A stretch of 64,000 nucleotides of DNA from Steroidobacteraceae bacterium (GTDB taxonomy: Bacteria; Pseudomonadota; Gammaproteobacteria; Steroidobacterales; Steroidobacteraceae). Made by a program: the position numbers and the translations under genes. The notes under the pieces are model-generated. The model saw only the letters and a list, made by a program, of their open reading frames with translations. It was not told where the DNA came from and searched no databases. Shown piece by piece: positions 26,925-35,405 of this stretch (within the stretch, counting starts at the first letter, position 1; every line of letters begins with the position of its first letter). Location of the stretch: the NCBI GenBank assembly GCA_036501985.1, contig DASXZI010000020.1, positions 11,915 through 75,914 on the forward strand, in the 5' to 3' direction.

Positions 26925-27692
26925 ATGGCTTACCGAATCTTTCTGGCGGGCGCCTCCGGCGCCGTCGGCAAACGGCTGATCCCCTTGTTGCGGGAGGCTG
27001 GCCATCAGGTGATCGGCACGACGCGGTCTCACGAAAAGACCGCCCTGTTGCGCACCCTGGGCGCCGAGCCCGTCGTGATCAATGTCTTCGACGCAGCAGC
27101 GCTGGCGCGGGCTGTCAGCGCCACGCGACCCGATATCGTCATTCATCAGTTGACCGATCTGCCCAAGGACCTTGATCCGAGTCAGATGGCGGACGCTCTC
27201 ATCCGTAACGCACGCATTCGGGAAGAAGGCACGCGCAACCTGGTGCAGGCCGCTCTGGCGACGCACGTGCGTCGCCTCATCGCGCAAAGCATCAGCTGGG
27301 CCTATGCCACGGGGCACGAGCCGCATGTCGAATCCGATCCCCTCGATACGGGCGCACAGGGCGACCGGGGCATCACGATGAGGGGCGTGCTCTCGCTGGA
27401 GAGCCAGGTGCTCCATTCCCCGCCCCTCGAGGGCATAGTGCTGCGATATGGCCAGCTCTACGGGCCCGCAACTTACTCGGCGACGCCGTCGAAGACTTCA
27501 CCCGTCCACGTCGACGCCGCGGCCTATGCTGCGTTTCTGGCCATCGATCATGGGCAGCCCGGCGCCTTCAACATCGCACAACCCAACTCTCACGTCGCGA
27601 CCGACAAGGCGCGCGTCGAGCTCGACTGGAGTCCTGATTTTCGCTTGCCGGAGGAAGACTCGGCAATCGATCGCGCTCACGTTGCCCGCTGA
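26925..27692 (+). CDS. NAD(P)-binding epimerase/atypical SDR family protein
   Basis: Rossmann motif IFLAGASGAVGKRLIPLL at the N-terminus. 255 aa. Confidence 0.75.
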   Translation: MAYRIFLAGASGAVGKRLIPLLREAGHQVIGTTRSHEKTALLRTLGAEPVVINVFDAAALARAVSATRPDIVIHQLTDLPKDLDPSQMADALIRNARIREEGTRNLVQAALATHVRRLIAQSISWAYATGHEPHVESDPLDTGAQGDRGITMRGVLSLESQVLHSPPLEGIVLRYGQLYGPATYSATPSKTSPVHVDAAAYAAFLAIDHGQPGAFNIAQPNSHVATDKARVELDWSPDFRLPEEDSAIDRAHVAR

Positions 27693-27711
27693 CTCAGCGG
27701 CTCGTCAGACC

Positions 27712-27750
27712 TGCGCGTGAGGTTGCCCGCTGCAACGGAGCTCACGCGCA
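27712..27750. terminator. hairpin between convergent genes (possible terminator)
   Basis: Perfect 10-bp inverted repeat TGCGCGTGAG / CTCACGCGCA with a 19-nt loop. There is no T-tract on either side. Confidence 0.3.
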
Positions 27751-27801
27751 ACGGAATTGCCCCACGCTCAGATCTCGCAAGCGTTCGGTCGCGACAGGCG
27801 C

Positions 27802-28179
27802 TCAGACGCCACGACTGAGGACCAGGGCGCGCGCTCTCTCCTGTGCGTCAGCGTCCGCACGATGGATGCGCGTTGAGAGTATGGCTGGTATCGCGGGCGA
27901 CCTGACTCCGAGAACCGCGGTACCCAAGCCAGCGGGATCGAAAGTTACATGGCCGAGCAGAAAATCGCGTGCCTGCTCCTGAGCATCCGAAGTACGGGCG
28001 CTTCTCAGCGCGATGGCCGTGTCAGGGTCGCTCGTACGATTCGAGGACAGCGCCAGCAGAACGGAAGCGGCTTGAGACCGGGCATCCCCTGTCGGCTCGC
28101 CAGCGTGAGTCAACGTCGAATGAGCCAGAAGCACGGCCGCGGCAAACGATGCGATGGAGCTTGGTATGAGGCGATTCAT
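27802..28179 (-). CDS. small secreted hypothetical protein
   Basis: Signal peptide MNRLIPSSIASFAAAVLLAHSTLTHA. SD GGGAGA precedes ATG 28179. Internal repeat DAQEQARDFLLG / DAQERARALVLS. Confidence 0.55.
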   Translation of the reverse strand: MNRLIPSSIASFAAAVLLAHSTLTHAGEPTGDARSQAASVLLALSSNRTSDPDTAIALRSARTSDAQEQARDFLLGHVTFDPAGLGTAVLGVRSPAIPAILSTRIHRADADAQERARALVLSRGV

Positions 28180-28225
28180 GGAGGTTCTCCCAAAAAAAAG
28201 TGTCAGTCTCAGTGTGCGGTGTAAC

Positions 28226-28240
28226 GCATGTATATACATC
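28226..28240. promoter_or_regulatory. near-palindrome GCATGTAT-ATACATC, candidate MarR operator
   Basis: It lies upstream of the small secreted-protein gene. It is an inverted copy of the ATACATGC octamer that is repeated upstream of marR. Confidence 0.3.
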
Positions 28241-28317
28241 TATCTGAGGAGAGAGCAGGCAATCCCCTCGATGGCTTGCCAGGTCGTCCTCGGAGCTAAA
28301 AGCAGCCGCGCGCAGCC

Positions 28318-28746
28318 CTACTCGTCCGCCAGCTTACGCGCGGCTGAGTAAGCCGCTTTCTTCAGCGCCGCCGCCTCGGCGCGGCCGAGACGCCGCTCCA
28401 CCGCCGCCTGGGCCGCCTCCCACGCGGGCTGCAGCCTGCGCACCGTCGTCTCACCGCTCGTGGTCAACGACCAGCGGCGCTCGCGCCGATCCGCCCCGGG
28501 CGTATCCACCGCCAACCCACTCTTTCTGATATGAGCCAGCGTGCGGGTCGCAGTCGTCTGGTCGATCCCGATCGCCTCGGCCAGCTCGGTGGTGGTCATG
28601 CCCGGCGCCGCCTTCAGCACCTGGAGTGCCGTGTGCTGCGTCGCTGGCAGGCCCGCGTCGATCAGCACCTGCTCATACAGCGCCGTGACGGCTCGCGCCG
28701 CCTGACGAAGTGTCGCGCAATAGCAAGGCAGGGACTGAAGCTTCAT
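28318..28746 (-). CDS. MarR-family transcriptional regulator
   Basis: 142 aa. Winged-helix region GMTTTELAEAIGIDQTTATRTLAHIRKSGL...DRRERRW. Confidence 0.85.
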   Translation of the reverse strand: MKLQSLPCYCATLRQAARAVTALYEQVLIDAGLPATQHTALQVLKAAPGMTTTELAEAIGIDQTTATRTLAHIRKSGLAVDTPGADRRERRWSLTTSGETTVRRLQPAWEAAQAAVERRLGRAEAAALKKAAYSAARKLADE

Positions 28747-28770
28747 TGGTCATCGACCTCGCAGTCCCTT

Positions 28771-28788
28771 ATACATGCATATACATGC
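28771..28788. promoter_or_regulatory. direct repeat ATACATGC-at-ATACATGC, candidate MarR operator
   Basis: AT-rich island 25-42 nt upstream of the marR start codon, in the marR / permease intergenic region. Confidence 0.3.
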
Positions 28789-28917
28789 TCTGTAAAGGCC
28801 TCCACTCTGGAGGCAAGCCTGGAGATCGCGTGCATGAGGCCGTCCCCTGGCGGAGAAACTCACGCGCAAGGGCACTGCCCCTGCGCGCGGATCTCACGAG
28901 CGCGCGCCGGCCAATAG

Positions 28918-30573
28918 TCAGGTCGCTGGCGGCGCGGCCAACATCATCGAGGCTGGGTGCAGCAGGTAGCACCCGACGGCGATGATGATCAGGTAGGCGA
29001 GAAGGATGAACGTCCACCCCATGTTGTGGCGGATGACATCGCCCTCCTTCCTCACGAACTTGCTGGTGGACACACCCACGCTCGCGGTCTGGGGCGCGAC
29101 CGGCTTGCCGATCTCTGCGCCCACGGAGTTGAGGGTCGGCAGCAGCAGAGGCGGCATGCCGAGCTGCGTGGCCACCAGCGCCTGGAACTTGCCGAACATC
29201 GCATTCGTCGAGGTGTTGGAGCCCGAGAGCGCGACGCCGATGAAGCCCAGGATCGGCGAAACCACAATGAACAGCGTGCCCATGCTGGAGAAGCCCTTCG
29301 CCAGCGAAGCAGCCATGCCGGAATAGTTGAAGATGTAGGCCAGGCCGAAGATGAACACGCCGACGAGGCAGGCGCCCCACATCTGGTGGAACGTGCGGCG
29401 GAAGATCTCGCCGATCTGGGTGCCCTTGAGCTTGCCCATCGCCAGCAGCAGCAGCGCCACGATGACCCACGAGGCCAGGATGGCGGTGCCGCCGACGTAC
29501 GGCGCGAACTTGAACACGGCGGTCACAGGGGGCTTGACCGAGTTGCAGGTGGCGGCGAGCGACGAGCACGCCACCGCCTGGGCACTGAACCAGGTCACCT
29601 TCGGCAGCGGTGACCACGGACCCGTCCACGCGGCTACCACGATCAGCAGCACCGCGAACGGCATCCACGCCTGGGCCACTTCACCGGACCGCAGGCCATG
29701 ACCCTGATTCTGGCGGGCCACTGCCGGATCGATCGGTACGCCGCCGTACCCCAGAATCGTCTTCGGCTGCCAGAACTTCAGCAGAGTCAGCAGCGCGATG
29801 AAGCAGACGATGGCGCCCGTGACATCCGGCAGATAAGGGCCGAGATGCACCGCGACCGGATACTGGCCGGCGATGTAGCCGAGCGAGCCCACGATGGCGA
29901 GCGGCCAACCGCCCTTCATGCCTTCCTTGCCGGAGACGAGATACAACAGTACCCAGGGCGGCAGCAGGGCGAGTACCGCCACGATCGTTCCGACGGAGCC
30001 CGAGAGCGCCAGAAGCGGATAGCCCGTGACCGCGGCCAGGGCGATGATGGGCGCGCCGAGCGCGCCATAGGAAACCGGAGCGTTGTTGGCGATCGCGGCG
30101 ACCCGGATCGCGTTGAGGTCGGAGATCCCGAGGGAGATCAGGATCGGCGCCACGACGGCCCACGGGTAGCCAAAGCCCACCAGGCCCTCGAGGAGCGCGC
30201 CAAACGCCCAGGCGAACAACATGGTCTGCACGCGCACGTCCATGCTGCCCTGCGAGATGAGCCAGCGGCGGAAGTTCTCGAAGACACCGCTGACGCCCAG
30301 CGTGTTGAAAAGCACCATGCCCCAGAAAGTAATCCAGTCCACGTTCCACACGCCGGTTGCAGCGCCGTAGGCATAGGCATGCGAACCGTCGCTGAAGGGC
30401 ATCTTCCACACCCATGCAGCCAACACGAATGTGATGATCGAGCCGACCAGCGTGGCAATCCACGCGGGCCAGCGGAAGACCGCCAGCAGAACCAACAGGG
30501 AGACGACAGGAATCAACGCGACCAGACAGGTCAGTGTCAGGTTGTTGAGCGGGTCGAGCAGTTGCGTGAACAT
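28918..30573 (-). CDS. L-lactate/glycolate permease (LctP family)
   Basis: 551 aa polytopic protein. N-terminus MFTQLLDPLNNLTLTCLVALIPVV and overall layout are typical of the LctP family. Confidence 0.8.
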   Translation of the reverse strand: MFTQLLDPLNNLTLTCLVALIPVVSLLVLLAVFRWPAWIATLVGSIITFVLAAWVWKMPFSDGSHAYAYGAATGVWNVDWITFWGMVLFNTLGVSGVFENFRRWLISQGSMDVRVQTMLFAWAFGALLEGLVGFGYPWAVVAPILISLGISDLNAIRVAAIANNAPVSYGALGAPIIALAAVTGYPLLALSGSVGTIVAVLALLPPWVLLYLVSGKEGMKGGWPLAIVGSLGYIAGQYPVAVHLGPYLPDVTGAIVCFIALLTLLKFWQPKTILGYGGVPIDPAVARQNQGHGLRSGEVAQAWMPFAVLLIVVAAWTGPWSPLPKVTWFSAQAVACSSLAATCNSVKPPVTAVFKFAPYVGGTAILASWVIVALLLLAMGKLKGTQIGEIFRRTFHQMWGACLVGVFIFGLAYIFNYSGMAASLAKGFSSMGTLFIVVSPILGFIGVALSGSNTSTNAMFGKFQALVATQLGMPPLLLPTLNSVGAEIGKPVAPQTASVGVSTSKFVRKEGDVIRHNMGWTFILLAYLIIIAVGCYLLHPASMMLAAPPAT

Positions 30574-30978
30574 GACTTCTCCCTGGCTTGCGCCGCGCGG
30601 CGAGGAGATCGGATCTGACTGCGTCGCAGCGGTTTGAATTCTTGTAGTGACGACCGGTGAGGCGGGACGGTAGCGCGACCGCCGCCAAAATGCAAGAAAA
30701 CCCTATGTTTTCCGACACTTGAGCAAGCTACTGATCCGCTGGCAGAACACTGGGCAAACTTCACACGGCAAAGCTTGTTTGCAGCGCGCTCATCGGTCTG
30801 TCGTATGGCTGGGAAGGGCCAGCTGCCGGGCGTTCCCGTGGCCGAGATACGCCAGCGGCGCCCGCGCTCCCCGGGGGGCCAGCCGTCCGTCCAGGCGCCC
30901 GAAGCGTTCCTGCCCACGCCGACGGGTCACGGCGGAATCCCCGGCGCACGCAGAACCTTGACGAGCCCTGATAGGGGG

Positions 30979-31024
30979 ACTCCGCCTTGCCCCTCCCTGA
31001 CACTCCGCCTTGCCCCTCCCTGAC
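30979..31024. repeat. perfect 2 x 23-bp tandem duplication (ACTCCGCCTTGCCCCTCCCTGAC)
   Basis: Read directly. It lies in the 490-bp non-coding gap between the OMP gene end and the lactate permease start. Confidence 0.9.
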
Positions 31025-31064
31025 CATGGGACGAGGTGGCCTCGCCGCCACCCGCCTGCCGGAC

Positions 31065-32120
31065 TCAGAACCGCAATCCGATCGTGATGGGCACGAACGC
31101 CTGCTTGCTGCTCATGGGGCCGAGGCGCATGTAGCGCGCTTCCACGAAGAAGCTCGCGGGATCATTCAGGGCGAATTCGAACCCCATGCCCGCATTCCAG
31201 GAGTGCATCCAGCCCGTCGTGCTCTCCTGCACGGTCGTCGCCACCGGAAAGAAGGCGCGGAAGCAATTGAAGAAGCAGGCGAACCCGCGAACGAAGGAGA
31301 GCTGCTCGAACTGCGTCTGCTGTCGATACCAACCGACGCCGCCGAAGAAATACTCCCGTACGCTGGGACCCATGCGCAGGTTGAACTGCAGGTCCGCGTC
31401 ACCACCGTACAGATTCTGGTGTCCGAACAGGTTATTGAGGCCCGTCTGCCGTTCCACGTCGAACACCGAGGCGAGGTTCTCGGTGAATCTCATATAGCTG
31501 CCATTGATGCGCAGCCCCAGAGGAAGGGACTTGAACGGAAACCAGTTGATCGACAGGCCGGTGTTATAGCCGTCATCGACCGCATGCCGTGCGTCGCCCT
31601 GGACGATGGTGTATCCGCCATCGATCGCAACGGTCACCGGGTGATAGTTGAACCCCCTGGTGGGCGCCAAGCGGTAACGAGAGCCTTCATACCGCGAAGT
31701 CGCGGCAGGGGCAGCGGCGGGCGGCGCAGCGTTGGTCCCGGCTGATCCGGCAGCAGCCTCGCTGACGCCGTAGCCGTGCGATTCGAGACAGGCTGTCAGG
31801 GCGCGCCGATACTGTTCGCGTTGCGCCGTCAGCTCGCTGGGTGTTGCGCCCGGCGAGGGTCTCGTCGGATCGAATCCGCTCTGGGTCCTGGCCCAGTTGT
31901 GACACGTGTAGCGGTCGGACCAGACTTGATCCTGCGTCTGGCCGTTCTTCGGCGCGATGTAGAGATGCTCAGCCGCGTCGAAAGTGGCTCCCGACGGGGC
32001 TCCCGACGGGGGGGCTGGCGGGGGTGCTGGAGGCGGAGTATGAATCTCCTGCGCCAGAACCGGCCCCGCACACGCCGCCAGCAGGAAAACGCGGATCGCT
32101 GTCAGTGCTTTGGTGCCCAT
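31065..32120 (-). CDS. outer-membrane beta-barrel protein with N-terminal Pro-rich linker and a two-Cys module
   Basis: Signal peptide. C-terminal alternating-hydrophobic strands end in ITIGLRF (terminal Phe OMP signature). N-terminal module YTCHNWARTQSGFDP...ACLESHGYGV. Confidence 0.75.
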   Translation of the reverse strand: MGTKALTAIRVFLLAACAGPVLAQEIHTPPPAPPPAPPSGAPSGATFDAAEHLYIAPKNGQTQDQVWSDRYTCHNWARTQSGFDPTRPSPGATPSELTAQREQYRRALTACLESHGYGVSEAAAGSAGTNAAPPAAAPAATSRYEGSRYRLAPTRGFNYHPVTVAIDGGYTIVQGDARHAVDDGYNTGLSINWFPFKSLPLGLRINGSYMRFTENLASVFDVERQTGLNNLFGHQNLYGGDADLQFNLRMGPSVREYFFGGVGWYRQQTQFEQLSFVRGFACFFNCFRAFFPVATTVQESTTGWMHSWNAGMGFEFALNDPASFFVEARYMRLGPMSSKQAFVPITIGLRF

Positions 32121-32173
32121 GCTGTTACTCCTGTACGTGAGCCATTCGCTTCAATCTGCCGCCCCGTGCCGCA

Positions 32174-33274
32174 CTAGCGGACGGCATAGCCGCGTGCCTC
32201 GAAGCACGCCGCTTGCGCGCGCTCGAATTCGGCCTCGCCGGCGGGTACGGCCGAAGGAGCATTCGTGCGCATCGGATCGAACCCGCTCTGCGCGACGGCG
32301 AACCGGTAGCAGTCGTAGTGATCGCGCGCCTGCTCGTCCTGACTCTTGGCGCTGCGAGGAACGGCGTAGACCTTTCCACCTGCTGCGCCTGCGGCCAGAA
32401 CGGACTGGGCGGCGACGGCCGGCTGCGGCGGGGGCGCCGGCACGGGGATCGGTGCCGGCGGTGGCGGTGCAAGCATCGGCGCCGGCGGTCCGGCCGTTGG
32501 GGCTGCCTGTGTCGCGTATTGCGGTGGGGGTTGCGACACCGGCTGAGTCATGGGTTGCGGCACCGTGGCGCCGGCCGATGGGGGCGGAGGCGGTGGCAGA
32601 GGCTGCGGTGGCGGAGTCTGAGTTGACGGAAGCGGTGGCGGCGCGGCGGCGGACTGAGAAGCCGCCGCAGCCTGAAGTGCGGCCGCACGCTGTGACGCTG
32701 CAGCAGGCTCCGCGGTCGCACGCGTAGCCGCCGCCGTCGCCGCAAGTGTGGTCGCCGCTGCGGTCGCACCCGTCGCTGCTGCCCCACTCGCCACCGGCCG
32801 ATCCGGGGAGGGACTTTTTGCGGTGGCGGCCTTCGAGGCGGTGTCGAGCGGATCGTTTACGACTTCGTAGCCGCCGAGATCCGGGCGTGCACGATAGTAG
32901 ACATCGTTTGCGTAAAGGTAAGGCTCTCCATCCGCATCGACGACCGTGGCAAACGCCGGAACGCTGGGGACGATGAGACCGATCGGCGGCGTGACCACCG
33001 TGAAAGCGGGGCCGCGCGGCTCAAACCACACGCCTTCATAGAATCGATAGGACACGCCCGCGTAGTTGACGATCGCCGCCCCGTGCGGCATCTCGCGAAC
33101 GATTGAGCCACGGTCGGGGTAGACATGGTTGTGGCCGTGACGTCGGTCATGATGCTGGTGGTAAGGCTCAGTCTGTTCCTGCGCGCCTCGGTCTTCGGCG
33201 GCCTCGGCGAAGGCACAGGTAACCGGAAGGAGAACGCCACACGCTATAACCAACAGTAACTCAGGCAGGCGCAT
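32174..33274 (-). CDS. secreted protein: His-rich segment, DUF6515-like domain, Ala/Pro-rich linker, C-terminal two-Cys module
   Basis: Signal peptide. HHQHHDRRHGHNH. YAGVSYRFYEGVWFEPRGPAFTVVTPPIG...YLYANDVYY. About 170 aa of A/P low complexity. C-terminus YDCYRFAVAQSGFDP...ACFEARGYAVR. Confidence 0.7.
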   Translation of the reverse strand: MRLPELLLVIACGVLLPVTCAFAEAAEDRGAQEQTEPYHQHHDRRHGHNHVYPDRGSIVREMPHGAAIVNYAGVSYRFYEGVWFEPRGPAFTVVTPPIGLIVPSVPAFATVVDADGEPYLYANDVYYRARPDLGGYEVVNDPLDTASKAATAKSPSPDRPVASGAAATGATAAATTLAATAAATRATAEPAAASQRAAALQAAAASQSAAAPPPLPSTQTPPPQPLPPPPPPSAGATVPQPMTQPVSQPPPQYATQAAPTAGPPAPMLAPPPPAPIPVPAPPPQPAVAAQSVLAAGAAGGKVYAVPRSAKSQDEQARDHYDCYRFAVAQSGFDPMRTNAPSAVPAGEAEFERAQAACFEARGYAVR

Positions 33275-33672
33275 CGTTGCCTCCCTTTCCGGGTGAGGCC
33301 GCGGCTCAGACGCAGGTCAACACCCGGCGGCAATTTGAGTGGACAGCGGGGGAGCAACGCGCTTCTGTTCGCCATCGTTGACCGCAATCGCAAAAATCAG
33401 GGTTCCCGGAAATTCGCGGAGCTCCCCTCCACGCACCCTCGTGCGAGACGCATGACGAATGTGCGCGCGCATCGCACGACCTCGCGTATACGGCACAATT
33501 CGGATCGAGGCGGAACGCAGGGTGTGATTCTGGCGATCGATGTCGCAAGGACGTAACTCCCCCTGGCGCGCCCCGGAATGAAATCCGCGCATGTCGCAAT
33601 GAGAGAGGACATTGGGTCCGCCTGCATTGTTCCGCGCTCGCAATTCGCCATCGTTCCCAGCTCGGGAGAGAT

Positions 33673-33708
33673 CTCCTGGGGCGCGTTCAGCTCCTGGGGC
33701 GCGTTCAG
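33673..33708. repeat. perfect 2 x 18-bp tandem duplication (CTCCTGGGGCGCGTTCAG) spanning the acyl-CoA synthetase stop codon
   Basis: Read directly. The second copy contains the TGA (33705-33707, minus strand). Confidence 0.85.
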
Positions 33709-35405
33709 GATGGGGGCGGCGAGGAGAGCGCAGGAAAATCCTCTTCCCAGAATTCTCCGGGATGATGCTCGCCGCCGCTGCGGGGATTCTCCACTGCACG
33801 CAGATCCACGCGGCGAATCTTGCCGGAGATCGTCTTGGGCAACGGCGCGAACTCGATGCGCCGGACGCGCTTGTACGGTGAGACGCGGGCACGGGTGTGC
33901 GCGAAGATCGACAAGGCCGTTTCCGCATCCGCGGAGTGACCAGGCGCGAGCACGATGTAGGCTTTCGGAACCGCGAGTCGCGTGACATCGGGACTCGGCA
34001 CCACCGCGGCTTCGGCTACGGCCGCGTGCTCGATGAGCACACTCTCCAGCTCGAACGGACTGATCCGGTAATCGGAGGATTTGAAGATATCGTCCATCCG
34101 ACCGACATAAGTCAGATACCCATCCGGATCGCGCACGGCCACGTCTCCGGTATGGTAGTGGCCGCTGTCCATGGCCTCGTCATTTCGTTCGGCATCGCCC
34201 AGGTAGCCCTGCATGAGCCCAGTCGGACGAGCCGCCAGGGGAATGCAGATCTCGCCCTCTTCGGCGGGCTTGCCCGCAACGTCGAGCAGCACGAGCCGAT
34301 AGCCCGGAAGCGGACGTCCCATGGACCCCGCCTTGAGCGGTTGGCCGGGAGAGTTGCCGGCCACGGCGCTGGTCTCCGTCTGGCCATAGCCGTCGCGCAC
34401 GATCAGCCCCCAGGATTTGCGCACCTGCTCGATGACTTCCGGATTCAACGGCTCGCCGGCGCTGACTAGCTCCCGTAGCGCGCCGCGCCGGCCCGACAGG
34501 TCATGTTGGATCAGCATGCGCCATACGGTCGGTGGGGCGCAGAACGTCGTGACCCGGGCCGCCGCCAGCGCCTCCAGAAGCCTCCCGGCGTCAAACCGCT
34601 CGTAGCGATAGGCGACGACAGTCGATTCGGCATTGAACGGCGCAAAAACGGACGACCACGCATGCTTCGCCCATCCTGGCGAGCTCAGGTTGAGATGCAC
34701 GTCACCGGGGCGCAGGCCAATCCAGTACATGGTCGAGAGGTGGCCCACCGGATAGCTGGCATGGGTGTGTGTCACGAGCTTGGGTTGCGCAGTGGTCCCC
34801 GAAGTAAAGTAAAGAAGCAGCGGATCGTCTGCGGCGCACGGCAACGGCGTCCACTCGAGCGGCGCATGGCACGATTCGTCGTATTCGAGCCAGCCCGGTG
34901 CTCTCGCCCCGACCGCAACCCGGATCGGTGCTCCGGACAGGCCCTCGAAACGGGCTGCGCACTCACCCTCGGCCACGATGGCGCTGACAGCGCCTCGCTC
35001 CAGACGGTCGCGAAGATCCTCACGCTGCAGAAGCGTCGTGGCGGGAATCATGATCGCGCGCAGCTTCATGAGCGCCAGGATCATCTCCCACAGCGGGATG
35101 CCATTGCCCAGCATCAGCAACACCCGATCACCGGCGCGAACACCACAAGCCCGCAGGTAGTTCGCTACCTGCGAGGAGCGCCGTGACAGACCGCGATAGG
35201 TGAGCGACTGGTCTTCGCTCCCGTCCGTCACGACCCGCACGGCCTCCCGCTCGATGGAGGCTGCCAGTGGATCGAAGTAATCAGTGGCCCAGTTGAATTC
35301 CCGCAGACGCGGCCACGCGAAGTGTGCTGACGCGCTGGCGTAGTCGTCCCGCAGTCGCAGCAACAGATCGCGCGCAGCAAGGAATTCGGCCGCCCCGGAC
35401 CTCAT
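33705..35405 (-). CDS. AMP-forming (medium-chain type) acyl-CoA synthetase
   Basis: FNWATDYFD N-terminal region. AMP-binding motifs YFTSGTTAQPKLV, GYGQTE, YHTGD, and C-terminal PKTISGKIRR. ATG 35405 overlaps the upstream stop (ATGA). The track ORF extends spuriously to 35633. Confidence 0.85.
   Translation of the reverse strand: MRSGAAEFLAARDLLLRLRDDYASASAHFAWPRLREFNWATDYFDPLAASIEREAVRVVTDGSEDQSLTYRGLSRRSSQVANYLRACGVRAGDRVLLMLGNGIPLWEMILALMKLRAIMIPATTLLQREDLRDRLERGAVSAIVAEGECAARFEGLSGAPIRVAVGARAPGWLEYDESCHAPLEWTPLPCAADDPLLLYFTSGTTAQPKLVTHTHASYPVGHLSTMYWIGLRPGDVHLNLSSPGWAKHAWSSVFAPFNAESTVVAYRYERFDAGRLLEALAAARVTTFCAPPTVWRMLIQHDLSGRRGALRELVSAGEPLNPEVIEQVRKSWGLIVRDGYGQTETSAVAGNSPGQPLKAGSMGRPLPGYRLVLLDVAGKPAEEGEICIPLAARPTGLMQGYLGDAERNDEAMDSGHYHTGDVAVRDPDGYLTYVGRMDDIFKSSDYRISPFELESVLIEHAAVAEAAVVPSPDVTRLAVPKAYIVLAPGHSADAETALSIFAHTRARVSPYKRVRRIEFAPLPKTISGKIRRVDLRAVENPRSGGEHHPGEFWEEDFPALSSPPPS

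Noticed and set aside
30719-31051. Several 80-126-aa ORFs in the permease/OMP spacer, and likewise in 33293..33988.
   Set aside because: They have Arg/Pro-rich composition, mutually overlapping frames and no family resemblance. I treated these regions as non-coding.
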